Positions 19,189 to 29,895 of a DNA stretch of 64,000 bases are shown piece by piece. The stretch lies in NCBI GenBank assembly GCA_965218795.1, contig OZ244653.1:2784001-2848000 (forward strand), read 5' to 3'. The translations under genes were made by a program, and so were the position numbers. The notes below the pieces were generated by a model. The model ran no database searches and was not told the DNA's origin. It saw nothing but the letters and a program-made list of their open reading frames with translations. The DNA is from a bacterium. Lineage in GTDB: Bacteria; UBA8248; JACPRG01; G963555815. Positions within the stretch are counted from its first letter, which is position 1. The number at the start of each line of letters is the position of its first letter.

Positions 19189-22163
19189 GCCGGAACCCGA
19201 CATCGGCCCGTCGTCCGCCCTCACCCGCGGAAGACCTCCAGCGGGACGAAGCCCTCACCTTTCATTTTGACGGCAGGACCATCCAGGCCCACCCGGGCGA
19301 TACGATTGGCTCGGCCCTGCATGCGGCGGGAATCCGGACCCTCAGTCGAAGCTTCAAGTACCATCGCCCGCGGGGGCTGTTTTGCGTCTCGGGCAACTGC
19401 CCGAATTGTCTGGTCGAAGTGGACGGCGAGCCGACGGTCCGCTCCTGCATGACCCCCGTCCGCCACGGGATGGAGGTGCGCGGGCAAAACGCCTGGCCTT
19501 CCGTCGAGCGCGATGTCCTGTCGATGGCGGACCGCTTCAGCGGTTTTCTTCCCCCCGGCTTCTATTACAAACGCTTTCATCAGCCGCGATGGGCGTGGCC
19601 GTTTTACGAAAAGATCCTGCGCCGCATGGCCGGTCTGGGGAGGATCCAACCGCAAAAAGTCGATCGGGATTCCCATGTTCCGAATGGAGATGTGTGGGAG
19701 AAGGAATATCATGCGGCCGACTTGACCATTGTCGGGGCCGGTCCGGCGGGACTCGCCGCCGCCCTGGAGGCAGCCCGGCTCGGTGTCTCCGTCATCCTGG
19801 TTGACGAGGGGGCCAGGCCGGGGGGGCACCTGCGGACGATCACCCGGCCGCTCGGAGAGCCGCCGGAATGGTCGGGACTCCCCGGCTGCGAAGCCGCCGC
19901 GCGGCTGACGGCGGAGCTGGAGGAACGTTCCAATGTTTCCATCTGGTCGCCGGCCTCCGCATTTGGCGTGTATGAAGACAATCTGGTCGGCGTTCTCATA
20001 GGCCGTCGGTTCGTTCAGGTGAGGACGGGGCATCTGCTGGTGGCGTCCGGAACCCTCGATCAGCCCCATCTCTTCCACAACAATGACCTTCCGGGCATTT
20101 TCCTCGGACGGGGATTGCGAAAACTTCTGAACCTTCAGGGCGTTTTCCCGGGGCGCAGGGTGCTCGTGTATGGCTCCCACGAAGAGGGCCTGTCCATCGC
20201 CTGTGAGCTGTTGGACGCCGGGGCCCGGGTTGCGGGTGTCGTCGGGGCGGCGTGTGACGGTCTTTCGGATCATCCGGATCTCCGACGATTGGAAGCGGAT
20301 CACGTTCCGCTGTTTCCGGACTGGACGCTGGCCGAGGCCATGGGGAAAAAGTGTGTTGAAGCGGCCAGGATCGTCAGAAGGTCCTCGGTTCGCGTGCAGG
20401 GGCCGGAAGAACAGGTTCTTCCCTGTGATGCCATATCGGTCTCGGCCGGATTCGCGCCGGTCTCCGACCTCCTTTTGATGGCCGGAGGGAAGGCCCGTTT
20501 CGATCATCCCTCCGGAGAGCCGGTTCCCGTGGATTTGCCCCCAGGGATTTCGGCCGCCGGAGAAGTCAGCGGTATTCACGGTCTGAGGGCCGTTCTGTTG
20601 CAGGGGAGAATCGCCGGGCTGGAGGCGGGCCTGGGGCTCGGAGCGGGGGACGCATCGACCCGAGAAAGGCTGGAAGGTCTTCGACAGGAAATGGATGCCA
20701 TCGATTCCAACCCAACGCCGGCGACCTTTGGCGAAGCCCCGGCATCACCCGATCTGAAAAAGCGTTTCGTTTGTCTCTGCGAGGACGTCACGGAGAAGGA
20801 TGTCTCCGCCTGCATCGAAGAAGGGTACGACAACATCGAGACCTTGAAACGGTACAGCACCGTAGGGATGGGTCCGTGCCAGGGCAAGATCTGCAACGTC
20901 ACCGCATCCCGAATCTGCGCGCGCGAGACCGGTCTGACGCTCCAGCAGACCCGCCTGACGACTTCCCGTCCGCCCTTTCGGCCGGTCCCTCTCGGCGCGT
21001 TGGCGGGGCGGATGTATCAGCCGATCCGTCGAACGCCGATGCACGCCTGCCATGAAGAAGCAGGCGCCAAGTGGATGGATGCAGGAGATTGGAAGCGCCC
21101 GGAGTGGTATACCTCCCCCGCCGATGAATGCCGGGCCGTCCACGAGGGGATAGGACTCATCGATGTCAGTACGCTGGGCAAGCTCGATATCCAAGGCCGG
21201 GACGCCGTCTGGCTCCTCGAAAAGGTCTACAACAATCAGTACCGGAAGCTGAACGTCGGGCGGGTTCGTTACGGTGTGATGTGCGATGACGCGGGGATCA
21301 TTTTCGACGACGGTACGGTCAGTCGGCTCGCGGAGGATCGGTTCTTCGTCACAACGACAACGAGCGGGATCGATACCGTCGAGCAGTGGATGGAATGGTG
21401 GATCCTCGGGACGGACCGGGAGGTCTTTGTGACGAACGTCACGGCGGGCTATGCCGCCATGAACGTGGCGGGGCCGAAGGTCCGCGAGCTCTTGTCTCAG
21501 CTGAGCGATATCGATCTCTCGACCGGGAATCTTCCTTATATGGCTTTTGCGGAAGGGGAGGTGGCCGGAGTTCCGTCGCGTCTTCTTCGAATCGGATTTG
21601 TCGGCGAGCTCGGTTACGAAATCCATTTTCCGGCCGAGTATGGCGAGTTTCTCTGGAATGTGCTGATGGAGGCCGGCCAACCTTACGGAATCCAGGCTTT
21701 CGGCGTGGAAGCGCAGCGCATCCTTCGCCTCCAGAAAGGGCACATCATCGTCGGACAGGATACCGACGCCCTGTCCAACTCCCTGGAGGCCGATATGCCC
21801 TGGATCGTGAAGCTCGACAAACCCGATTTCATCGGCCGCCACGCCCTGGAGCGGGTTCAGAACCGCGGTCTTCAGTGGAAGCTCATCGGTTTCGAGATGG
21901 CCAATCCGGCCGTTGTGGCGGAGGAGGGCGATCAGATCGTTGCGGTCGACGGAGCGGGCAGCCCGAACGGGCGCCTTCTGGGCCGGGTGACCAGCTCCAG
22001 GCGGAGCGAATTTCTGAAGAAATCAATCGGGCTGGGTTGGGTCCCGAAGGAATCGAGCGAACCGGGGTCTGAAGTCTGGATCCGGGTCGGGGGCCGGCCC
22101 CGGAAGGCCTTGGTGACGCGCCCGCCTTTCTATGACAAGGACGGAGAGCGGCTCAAGGCCTGA
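19185..22163 (+). CDS. mgdC: Sarcosine oxidase alpha-like subunit (2Fe-2S, NAD/FAD and GcvT domains)
   Basis: SRSFKYHRPRG, GAGPAGLAAA, CLCEDVT, GMGPCQGK, DVSTLGK, RIGFVGELGYE, PFYDKDG. Confidence 0.8.
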   Translation: MSRNPTSARRPPSPAEDLQRDEALTFHFDGRTIQAHPGDTIGSALHAAGIRTLSRSFKYHRPRGLFCVSGNCPNCLVEVDGEPTVRSCMTPVRHGMEVRGQNAWPSVERDVLSMADRFSGFLPPGFYYKRFHQPRWAWPFYEKILRRMAGLGRIQPQKVDRDSHVPNGDVWEKEYHAADLTIVGAGPAGLAAALEAARLGVSVILVDEGARPGGHLRTITRPLGEPPEWSGLPGCEAAARLTAELEERSNVSIWSPASAFGVYEDNLVGVLIGRRFVQVRTGHLLVASGTLDQPHLFHNNDLPGIFLGRGLRKLLNLQGVFPGRRVLVYGSHEEGLSIACELLDAGARVAGVVGAACDGLSDHPDLRRLEADHVPLFPDWTLAEAMGKKCVEAARIVRRSSVRVQGPEEQVLPCDAISVSAGFAPVSDLLLMAGGKARFDHPSGEPVPVDLPPGISAAGEVSGIHGLRAVLLQGRIAGLEAGLGLGAGDASTRERLEGLRQEMDAIDSNPTPATFGEAPASPDLKKRFVCLCEDVTEKDVSACIEEGYDNIETLKRYSTVGMGPCQGKICNVTASRICARETGLTLQQTRLTTSRPPFRPVPLGALAGRMYQPIRRTPMHACHEEAGAKWMDAGDWKRPEWYTSPADECRAVHEGIGLIDVSTLGKLDIQGRDAVWLLEKVYNNQYRKLNVGRVRYGVMCDDAGIIFDDGTVSRLAEDRFFVTTTTSGIDTVEQWMEWWILGTDREVFVTNVTAGYAAMNVAGPKVRELLSQLSDIDLSTGNLPYMAFAEGEVAGVPSRLLRIGFVGELGYEIHFPAEYGEFLWNVLMEAGQPYGIQAFGVEAQRILRLQKGHIIVGQDTDALSNSLEADMPWIVKLDKPDFIGRHALERVQNRGLQWKLIGFEMANPAVVAEEGDQIVAVDGAGSPNGRLLGRVTSSRRSEFLKKSIGLGWVPKESSEPGSEVWIRVGGRPRKALVTRPPFYDKDGERLKA

Positions 22164-22201
22164 GTTCCACTTCACCTACTGAAGGGAATGACGGGATCCG
22201 C

Positions 22202-22957
22202 ATGGTCAATCCAATGACTCATACGCCCCGGCGGAAGTCGGTTGTCGAGCCAAGGCTCGTTGAACTGGGCGGAAAACTCGCGGAACAGGACGGTTGGCAT
22301 CAGGCTGAATCCTTTGCTTCGGCCGAGACCGAAGCCCAGGCCGTACGGGAGGGCGTCGGCCTGTTCGACCTCAGCCCGTTGACGAAGATCGATCTCCGGC
22401 TGAAAGATCCCGCTGCGGCTTGGCCGCTTCTGTTTCCCGGAGAGAAGGCCCCGCCGGATTCCGGGTCGCTTGGCTGCGAACGGATTCAGAGGAATTCCAT
22501 TCAAGGCCGGCCCGTTCTGATCGCCCGGACAAGCCGGGAGCATTTCTTCCTGACGGGTTTGCCTTGCACCGCATCGGATATGGAACGGGCAATCCGGGAG
22601 GCGGCTTCCGGCCTTGCGGTGAGCGTCACGGACGTGACCTCCTGCTATTCCGCGTTCGAGTTGAGCGGACCGGCAGCGGGATCCGTTCTTCAAAAGCTCA
22701 CAAGAGTCGCGTCGCCGGCGAAAGACGCCATTGCAGTACAAGCCCGGGTGGCGGGGGTCCATACGCGAATCTTGCGAGTCGATGGCATGATCGCACCGGA
22801 CAAGCCGTCTTCATTCCCTGCGTTCAGGCTTTATGTTTCACGCGATCTGGGGCTTTCATTCTGGGAAGTCCTGGAAGATGCAGGACGTGAGTTCAGGATT
22901 CAGCCGTACGGGACGCTTGCGCGCGCGCAATTATTTCCGGATGTGTTTCCCGGTTAG
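22202..22957 (+). CDS. mgdD: Sarcosine oxidase gamma-like / GcvT N-terminal fold subunit
   Basis: AVREGVGLFDLS, VTDVTS..FELSGP, WEVLEDAG; context. Confidence 0.6.
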   Translation: MVNPMTHTPRRKSVVEPRLVELGGKLAEQDGWHQAESFASAETEAQAVREGVGLFDLSPLTKIDLRLKDPAAAWPLLFPGEKAPPDSGSLGCERIQRNSIQGRPVLIARTSREHFFLTGLPCTASDMERAIREAASGLAVSVTDVTSCYSAFELSGPAAGSVLQKLTRVASPAKDAIAVQARVAGVHTRILRVDGMIAPDKPSSFPAFRLYVSRDLGLSFWEVLEDAGREFRIQPYGTLARAQLFPDVFPG

Positions 22958-22969
22958 GGAGATGTTGCC

Positions 22970-24187
22970 TTGACGGCCAACGGTTTGAACGTCAACGGAC
23001 GCATGTGGACCTGGACTGATCTCAAGGACCGGTATGACGTGGTGATCATCGGCGCGGGCGCTCACGGTCTTGCGACGGCGTACTACCTGGCCCGGCACGG
23101 GATCACGGACGTCGCTCTGGTGGACAAGGGATACCTCGGGTCCGGCGCGAGCGGCCGAAATACGGCCATCGTCCGGTCGAATTACCGCACGGCCGAGGGT
23201 GTTCCCTTCTACAACGAAGGCCTGAAGCTGTACATGGAGATGTCCGAGGAGCTCGACTTCAATGTCATGCTCTCCCAGCAGGGCCACCTGACGCTGGCCC
23301 ACACCGACAGGGCGGTCGCGGGCCTCCGGGAGCGGGCGGAAGTCAACCAGATCCTGGGCGTGAACAGCCGGCTGATCTTCCTGGATGAGATTGCGAGGCT
23401 GGTTCCGGGACTCGACGTAAGCGATCATCCGCGATTTCCCATCATGGCGGGTCTTTATCACCCCCCGGGCGGAATCATCCGGCATGACGCCGTGGTTTGG
23501 GGCTATGCCCGCGCGGTCGACCGGGCGGGCGTGGAGATCCATCCCTTCACGGAGGTGACCGACATTCAGGTGGAAAATGGAGCCGTCACGGGCGTCATGA
23601 CGAATCGGGGACCCATCAAAACGGGAACCGTCGTCAACGCGACGGCGGGGTGGGCCTCGACGATCTCCAACATGGCGGGCGTCCCCCTCCCCATCGTCAC
23701 CCATCCCCTCCAGGCCTTCGTGACCGAACCTCTGAAGCCCTGGCTCAACACCGTCATTGTTTCCGGAACGCTGCACGTCTACATCAACCAGACGGGCCGG
23801 GGGGAACTCGTCATCGGGGCGGAGTTCGATCACTATTCCTCTTACAGTATGCGATCGACCCTTGATTTCATGGAGCAGTCGGCGACGCATTCCATCGAAC
23901 TCTTCCCCTTCCTTCGCGAGGTTCGGGTGCTCCGCCAATGGGCCGGGATCTGCGACATGACGCCCGACTTCAGCCCGATCATCGGACCCGTGGACGAACT
24001 GGAGGGATACTATCTGGACGTGGGGTGGGGGACCTACGGCTTCAAGGTGGCGCCGATTGCCGGAAAAACCACTGCGGAATGTATCGCGACCGGAAGGGTG
24101 CCGGATCTCATCACCCCCTTCGCCTATTCCCGCTTTGAGGACGACGTTCTCGTCGGCGAGCGCGCCGCCGCGGCGACATCTCACTAG
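22970..24187 (+). CDS. mgdA: Sarcosine oxidase beta-like FAD subunit
   Basis: IGAGAHGLATAYYLA, SGRNTAIVRSNY, RHDAVVWGYA, DMTPDFSPI, GWGTYGFK. Confidence 0.8.
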   Translation: MTANGLNVNGRMWTWTDLKDRYDVVIIGAGAHGLATAYYLARHGITDVALVDKGYLGSGASGRNTAIVRSNYRTAEGVPFYNEGLKLYMEMSEELDFNVMLSQQGHLTLAHTDRAVAGLRERAEVNQILGVNSRLIFLDEIARLVPGLDVSDHPRFPIMAGLYHPPGGIIRHDAVVWGYARAVDRAGVEIHPFTEVTDIQVENGAVTGVMTNRGPIKTGTVVNATAGWASTISNMAGVPLPIVTHPLQAFVTEPLKPWLNTVIVSGTLHVYINQTGRGELVIGAEFDHYSSYSMRSTLDFMEQSATHSIELFPFLREVRVLRQWAGICDMTPDFSPIIGPVDELEGYYLDVGWGTYGFKVAPIAGKTTAECIATGRVPDLITPFAYSRFEDDVLVGERAAAATSH

Positions 24188-24815
24188 TTTCAGAATCTTT
24201 TCATCAATTTTTCGAAAGTCCGGTGGGTCTTCGTGGTTTACGTCCGTTGGTCCACAATATCCTGACCCCTCATTCCAGCTTCAGGAATTTTCGATTCGGA
24301 TCCGGTGTCCGGGATTGGAAATAACTGTAAATGGCGAAAATAGCGGGATTTGCTGGGATGGTGGAGGGGGTTGTTCATGTCCCGGCGCGCGCAAAAGATG
24401 AGTTTGAAATCGCTGATTTGCGTTAAAAAGGCGGACCGGAACTTTTTGGCTTAGATCGCCAAATCAAGTCGTAACAAGCGGCTTTTCCGGGACTTTTGTA
24501 AAGAAAAAGGGGGGGCGGAAGGGCCGCGGGTTTATGATGGGCAGACAGCGCGCCGCGGCCGCAACAGAAGCGTGATGGCCGGCGGGGACTTGGCCCGAAA
24601 AGAACTAACTGTAAATTTGTTGACAGGATTCGGATGAAAAAGGCCCCGGAAACGCTTTTTCATGGGCGCTTCAGGGGTCTTTTTCGGGGGGCGTCCATCT
24701 CATCACCGACAAGCCCACTGGCATGCGCCATGTTGGATCGGCCTATGGCGATTCAGAGATTTTTTCGGGGGGATATTCCACTTTGCATTCCCGTGGAAGC
24801 CCGCCCCTGGTCCTT

Positions 24816-25063
24816 GAATCACTCCCCCCTGGAGGGGGAGTCGGGGGAGTCGGCAAGACAAGGGCGCAGCCCGCGGATTTTGCCGGTGGGGGGGAGACGG
24901 CTGTTCGGCTTGACGCGGCGGAGGGAGCGGATCGGCCTTGTTGCCGGACGGGGACGGGAACCCATGCGGCATGGCCTCCAACGGGAGCATTCGGGGACTC
25001 GCCTCCACCCCGTCATTCCCGCGCAACATGCCCTCGAAAGCTTCAATCGGGGGCGGGAATCCA
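24816..25063. repeat. Intergenic palindromes, including a REP-like GTCATTCCCGCG...GCGGGAATCCA element (25012-25063)
   Basis: Hairpin ACTCCCCCCTGGAGGGGGAGT near 24821-24841. The REP-like unit shares its arms with the copies at 39380-39622. Confidence 0.65.
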
Positions 25064-25228
25064 GTCATGGTCTCCTGGTTTCAGCCCCTTTTCCAGGTCG
25101 TTTCGCCCCGGAATTTCCCGGAATCCCAGGCCATTCGCAATGATTTTTGATCCGCTGCAACCGGGCGGAGCGTGCCCCCTCCGTCCGGTTTGTTCTTGCG
25201 TTCATCGACCGCGTCACCGCTGGATAGC

Positions 25229-25996
25229 TTACGTTTTCCAATAAATGAAACGCTTTTCCGCAAGCGCGATGAGCCCAAAAAGAACCGCTCCCAAGATTGC
25301 CAAGACAAACAGAATGGCGAGGGAGAAGCCGATATTCATCCGGCTGGAGGCGAACAGAAGCAGATAACCCAGCCCATTCCGACCCGCGACGATTTCCGCC
25401 ACGACCACACCGATGACCGAAAGCGTGATAGAGATCTTCATCCCGGCGAAGATGTAGGGCAGCGACCATGGCAATTCCACCTTGAAAAACATCTGCCACC
25501 AGTTGCACGAAAGAGAGTTTGCAAATTGGTGGACGTTCGGCGGGATGCTCCGGATTGCGAGGATGGTGTTGATCACCATGGGGAAGAAAGCGGTCAGAAA
25601 GGCCAGCGTGAGGCGGGAAAACACGCCCGCACCGAACCAGATGATCAGAAGGGGCGCCAAGGCCTCTTTGGGCAGAACCTGGAAGAGAACGACAATCGGA
25701 TAAACGGCCCGGTAAATGAGTTCCGATTTCCCGATCAGCCAGCCCGTCGCAACTCCAATCATGACGGAGAGCCCAAATCCCAGGAGGGCCTGATAAAAGG
25801 TCGGCCACGCGTGCTGCCCGAAAAGCGGGGCTTGTTCGATTAGGCTGGCGACGATCCGGCTCGGTCCGGGAACCATCGTGGGCGGAATTTGACCCAGTCT
25901 CGTCACCGTCTCCCAGAAAACGAGAACGAGGACGCCGAAGAGCACCGGAGGCAAGAGCTCTCTCGCTGCTGTCATGACCCTGTGCATCGGTGACAC
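25229..25996 (-). CDS. ABC transporter permease (NitT/TauT/SsuC type)
   Basis: PKEALAPLLIIWFG and EAA-loop region; hydrophobic. Confidence 0.9.
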   Translation of the reverse strand: MSPMHRVMTAARELLPPVLFGVLVLVFWETVTRLGQIPPTMVPGPSRIVASLIEQAPLFGQHAWPTFYQALLGFGLSVMIGVATGWLIGKSELIYRAVYPIVVLFQVLPKEALAPLLIIWFGAGVFSRLTLAFLTAFFPMVINTILAIRSIPPNVHQFANSLSCNWWQMFFKVELPWSLPYIFAGMKISITLSVIGVVVAEIVAGRNGLGYLLLFASSRMNIGFSLAILFVLAILGAVLFGLIALAEKRFIYWKT

Positions 25997-26005
25997 CCTT
26001 CCGGG

Positions 26006-26767
26006 CTACTCAGCCGGGTTCCAGTAAATCAACCACCTGTCGAAGGCCTCGATAAGAGCGAGCAACCCGAGGCCGATCACCCCTACGAGAAGGATCGCCG
26101 CAATCGTCAAGGACGTTTCTAACAATGCGGCCGATTCTACGATTACCTTTCCCAGCCCCCCGCCCGAGGCCACGAATTCTCCGACAATGATCCCGATGAC
26201 CGAGACGGCAACCGTAATTTTGATTCCGCCCACGATGGAGGGGAGTGCGTTCGGCAGCCGGACCTTGAAGAAGATCTGCCACTCCGTCGCGGAAAGGGAG
26301 CGTGCATAGGTGAGCATGGTCCCGCTCGCGCTCGACAGACCGGTCACCGTATTAATCACCATCGGGAAGTAGGCGATCAAAAAGGCCAGCACGAGGCGTG
26401 ACATGCCCCCGACGCCGAACCAGACAATCAACACCGGGGCCAGCGCCACCTTGGGCATCGTCTGGGTCAGGAGAATATAGGGGAAGATGGCGCGCCGGAT
26501 CAGAGGGACCTGAAACACAAGGAGTGCGGAAAGGAAACCGCCTGCAATCGCGCACGCGGCCGCCGTTAGGATTTCTGAGAGCGTTTGACCGGCTGCTTTG
26601 AGGAGTTTCGCAGATTCCAGCACCAGCGTGTCGTAAACCTCGATAGGCGCCGGGAGAAGGAAAGCGGGGACTTGAAAGACCCGGATGGCCGCATCCCAGA
26701 ACAAGACGGACAGGGCGAGAACGATAAATGGGATGGCCATGCGCGTCTTTTTCACCAGCAGGTTCAT
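26006..26767 (-). CDS. ABC transporter permease (NitT/TauT/SsuC type)
   Basis: PKVALAPVLIVWFG, KVRLPNALP, IVGEFVAS. Confidence 0.9.
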   Translation of the reverse strand: MNLLVKKTRMAIPFIVLALSVLFWDAAIRVFQVPAFLLPAPIEVYDTLVLESAKLLKAAGQTLSEILTAAACAIAGGFLSALLVFQVPLIRRAIFPYILLTQTMPKVALAPVLIVWFGVGGMSRLVLAFLIAYFPMVINTVTGLSSASGTMLTYARSLSATEWQIFFKVRLPNALPSIVGGIKITVAVSVIGIIVGEFVASGGGLGKVIVESAALLETSLTIAAILLVGVIGLGLLALIEAFDRWLIYWNPAE

Positions 26768-26782
26768 CGATTCTCCAGGGAC

Positions 26783-27586
26783 TCAGCGCCCCATCACCTG
26801 ACGAATTTCAGCGCAAACTCGATTGAATTCCGGTGTCTCCTGCATCTCAAGCGTCCGGGGTCGAGGCAAATCGATTTGAAACTCGCGTAACAGACGCCCG
26901 GGCCGGGGCGTCAACAGCAGGACCCGGTCCGAAAGGAACACCGACTCCCGGATGCTGTGGGTGACGAACAGGACGCACTTCTTGAACTTTTCCCAGATGC
27001 GCAGCAGTTCCAGATTCATGTCCTCCCGGGTCAGGATGTCCAATGCGCTGAAGGGCTCATCCATCAGAAGCAACTCGGGATCTGATATCAAGGCCCGGCA
27101 CAGCGTGACCCGCTGCTTCATTCCGCCGGAGAGCTGTTCCGGCAATCGGTCCTTGAAATCCTCCAGATCCGTCATTCTCAGAAGCGTGAGGGCCTTCGGA
27201 AGGAATTCGTCCGTTTTCAATCGAAGCACTTCGATGGGAAAGAGGACATTCTTGAGGACGGTCCTCCAAGGGAAGAGAACCGGTGTCTGAAAAACCATGA
27301 CGGTCTCGCGGCGTGGACGCCGCACGGTTTGACCGTCGATGTAGACCTGCCCCTGGGTCGGCTGAAGAATCCCCGCGATCAGGCTCAAGAGGGTGCTTTT
27401 GCCGCACCCGCTCGGACCGAGTATGCTGACAAACTCCCCCTGCGCGACTTCGAAGGAAATCTCCTGTATCGCGACCACGGAGTCGGGCGGATTGCCGAAA
27501 ACCACACGCACCTGATCGGCAACCACGTAGGCATGTCCGGCCATATCAAAGCAAGCTTCTCCCCCCGACTTCCGTTGGGCCGCCAA
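26783..27586 (-). CDS. ABC transporter ATP-binding protein (start may be 27544)
   Basis: GPSGCGKST, LSGGMKQR, LLMDEPF, VTH. Confidence 0.93.
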   Translation of the reverse strand: MAAQRKSGGEACFDMAGHAYVVADQVRVVFGNPPDSVVAIQEISFEVAQGEFVSILGPSGCGKSTLLSLIAGILQPTQGQVYIDGQTVRRPRRETVMVFQTPVLFPWRTVLKNVLFPIEVLRLKTDEFLPKALTLLRMTDLEDFKDRLPEQLSGGMKQRVTLCRALISDPELLLMDEPFSALDILTREDMNLELLRIWEKFKKCVLFVTHSIRESVFLSDRVLLLTPRPGRLLREFQIDLPRPRTLEMQETPEFNRVCAEIRQVMGR

Positions 27587-27609
27587 AGGGGCGAGTCACA
27601 TCAGGGGAA

Positions 27610-28710
27610 TTACCGGGTCAGATATTTCCCCACGGATTGACGGACCTTGTCCCACTCGTCCGCGGCTAGATTGACGCCTCCCACAAACTTGTTCGTATAG
27701 GTCGAATCGGCGGTCAGTTTTTTCTTCAGTCCCATGTACTTGTTGACCACGTCCAGGGTCGCCCCGACCTTGGCGGGATGATGCCAGCCGAGGCCGTTTT
27801 TCTTGGCATCTTCCACGAATCCCAAGGCCGTATTGATCATCAGGGAATGACGGGTGATTTCCCTGTCGCGGTCGGATTTTCCGGACTCCGGGACCGCCTT
27901 GACGAAGACTTCCAGGGTCTCGTCAGGATCGAGGTACGAAAACTTCAACCCCTCCATCACCCCGCCTACAAAGTTCCGGACCTGATCCGGCGAGTTCTTC
28001 AAACGCTTCTCCTGGGTGATGAACGTCAGGCTGTAGATGTCCAGCCCGTTGTTTGCGTAGAAGAGGAGATCGAAGGGGACTTTGTCCGCCCAGAGATAGG
28101 GAGCGCTGGACTGATAGAAGGAGCCGATGGCCTGAACGTCCCTGTTCCGCAAAGCCTGGACCGTAATCCCCGGAGACAGCATGACACGCGTGACGGAACC
28201 GGCGTTGATGCCGTTCGCCTTGACAAAGGCCGGCCAGAGAACGTTCGAGCCGGAGTGGGCCGAATCTCCGACTTTTTTTCCTTCCAGATCCTTCGGCCGA
28301 CCGATGCCCGAGCCCTTCAGGGAGACGATGGTGATGGGCGATCGCTGGTTGACCATCGCAATCGAAACAATGGGTAATCCCTGGCCCATGGATTTGATGG
28401 AAACGCCGAAGTCGGCCTGTCCGAAATCGTACCGGCCCAGCCCGACCGTCTTCGCGGCCTCTCCGGACCCGTATCCGCGGGTGATCGATACGTCCAGGCC
28501 GCGTTTCTTCCAAATGCCCTTGTCCCGAGCCACGTACATGAAGGCGACTTCGCCTTCGGGAATCCAGGGCAGGGTCAGCTTGATTTCATCAGCGGCCTGA
28601 ACGATGCCTCCGCCGCCGAAAGTCAGGCCCAGAAACGCAATCAGGAAGAACCCGATCGACTTGCGAAAGACACGCGATCCTCGACTGAGAACATGGGTTT
28701 TCACCTTCAT
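27610..28710 (-). CDS. ABC substrate-binding protein, NMT1/THI5-like
   Basis: Signal peptide, GLDVSITRGYGS, PKDLEGKKVG; GGAGGA before MKVKTH. Confidence 0.85.
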   Translation of the reverse strand: MKVKTHVLSRGSRVFRKSIGFFLIAFLGLTFGGGGIVQAADEIKLTLPWIPEGEVAFMYVARDKGIWKKRGLDVSITRGYGSGEAAKTVGLGRYDFGQADFGVSIKSMGQGLPIVSIAMVNQRSPITIVSLKGSGIGRPKDLEGKKVGDSAHSGSNVLWPAFVKANGINAGSVTRVMLSPGITVQALRNRDVQAIGSFYQSSAPYLWADKVPFDLLFYANNGLDIYSLTFITQEKRLKNSPDQVRNFVGGVMEGLKFSYLDPDETLEVFVKAVPESGKSDRDREITRHSLMINTALGFVEDAKKNGLGWHHPAKVGATLDVVNKYMGLKKKLTADSTYTNKFVGGVNLAADEWDKVRQSVGKYLTR

Positions 28711-28786
28711 GCTCCTTCCTCCTTTCCTTTGACCTTTGCAGGTCAATCGGGTCTCTGTTCAGGTTCCTGAAAGAATGCGGGGAGCT

Positions 28787-29566
28787 TCACCCATTCAGGG
28801 AATGCCGGTAAATCTGGACTCCGATAGCCTTGTTTTGCGGACCGCTGCAACCGCCTGGACAGGCGGAAATCGTCACAATCGAGTCGATCTCCGCGATCAG
28901 CTCCACGTAGTCGCCCTCCTTTGCATCCGGATCTTGGAAAAACAGGCGATCATTCCCGTCAACCCCGGTCATCATGAACAGGTTGAACGCGTCATGAATG
29001 TAGTCGAGGCTCAGCCCGAACTTCTCCACCGCGCCAGCCATGTTGTTCTGGCAGTTCGGCTGACCTGTCTCGCCCTGCAACACCTCAAAATAGCGCTCAT
29101 TGCACCTGGACCAGAGCAGGTCGTGGGAGGCAGCGCCATCCGGCATGGGCTGGTGGTCCACGGTGTCCGCTATCAGGGTAAACATGGGCCTCATCTCGGG
29201 CGGCGTGCTCCACAACCGATTGCCCACTGTCAGATGGGCCCCTTCGAGGATGCGGGTCCTGCCCGACCAGAACCGCTCCGTGGGGTTATCCTTGCAGAAC
29301 GCATTGAAGTCGGCCACCTGGGGGCCCTCGATCTCAATCACGCGCAGAATCTGGCCGGCCTCAACAATAAAGGCCTCTCCGGTTTCCTTGGGGATCGTGA
29401 TTTCCTCGACGAGCTCGCGGACCGAATCGTTCTCAGCCAGCTCTTGATAGCGCCTCTTTCGAGACTCGTCCATGGCAGGGGTTTCGTGAACGACGCGGTG
29501 GGTCATGAAATAGGCCCTCATATGGGGGTGATGGTGACGATTCCACCTTGCCGACCGCTCTTCCAT
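28787..29566 (-). CDS. DUF1989 urea-carboxylase-associated family protein (start uncertain)
   Basis: GQILRV.EGPQVADFN, HDLLWSRC, NCQNN, FNLFM, GDYVEL.AE, SACPGG. Confidence 0.85.
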   Translation of the reverse strand: MEERSARWNRHHHPHMRAYFMTHRVVHETPAMDESRKRRYQELAENDSVRELVEEITIPKETGEAFIVEAGQILRVIEIEGPQVADFNAFCKDNPTERFWSGRTRILEGAHLTVGNRLWSTPPEMRPMFTLIADTVDHQPMPDGAASHDLLWSRCNERYFEVLQGETGQPNCQNNMAGAVEKFGLSLDYIHDAFNLFMMTGVDGNDRLFFQDPDAKEGDYVELIAEIDSIVTISACPGGCSGPQNKAIGVQIYRHSLNG

Positions 29567-29635
29567 CGAAGCCCCGCAGCGGGCTTCGAGGCTTCACCAG
29601 AAGGCCTAAAACTATGGGGATTGCATATTGTTCAC

Positions 29636-29665
29636 AGTGTAACTTTGCCTTCGAGTTCGTGTCAA
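29636..29665 (-). promoter_or_regulatory. Candidate sigma70 promoter (TTGACA-N18-TACACT) for the DUF1989/ABC operon
   Basis: Near-consensus hexamers on the minus strand about 70 nt upstream of the DUF1989 ORF. Confidence 0.5.
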
Positions 29666-29895
29666 CACGGAAGATTGGATCCGATGGGAACCAAGTCTTC
29701 GTTTGGATTCAGAGGCCAGCGATTCTGCATCGGAATTAGAGTTCACATCTCCTCGCATGCCGGGTTTCGGATATCGGGAACTAAAGCGGGCGGTTTCACC
29801 GCAACCAGCCTGGCGAGATCTCGGACGGGCGCGGTTGCAACCCGACTCTCTCCAAACCCTTGTTTCCCTCCGGTTCTGAATATATCGTTGCCGGT

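Noticed and set aside
24466-24478. AAGTCGTAACAAG, identical to a conserved stretch near the 16S rRNA 3' end
   Set aside because: Only 13 nt match and the flanks do not resemble rRNA.
24634-25244. Small ORFs over the palindromic spacers here and at 39218..40010 (VIPAQ, WIPACAGMT peptides)
   Set aside because: The peptides are translations of the repeats, with no RBS or family evidence.
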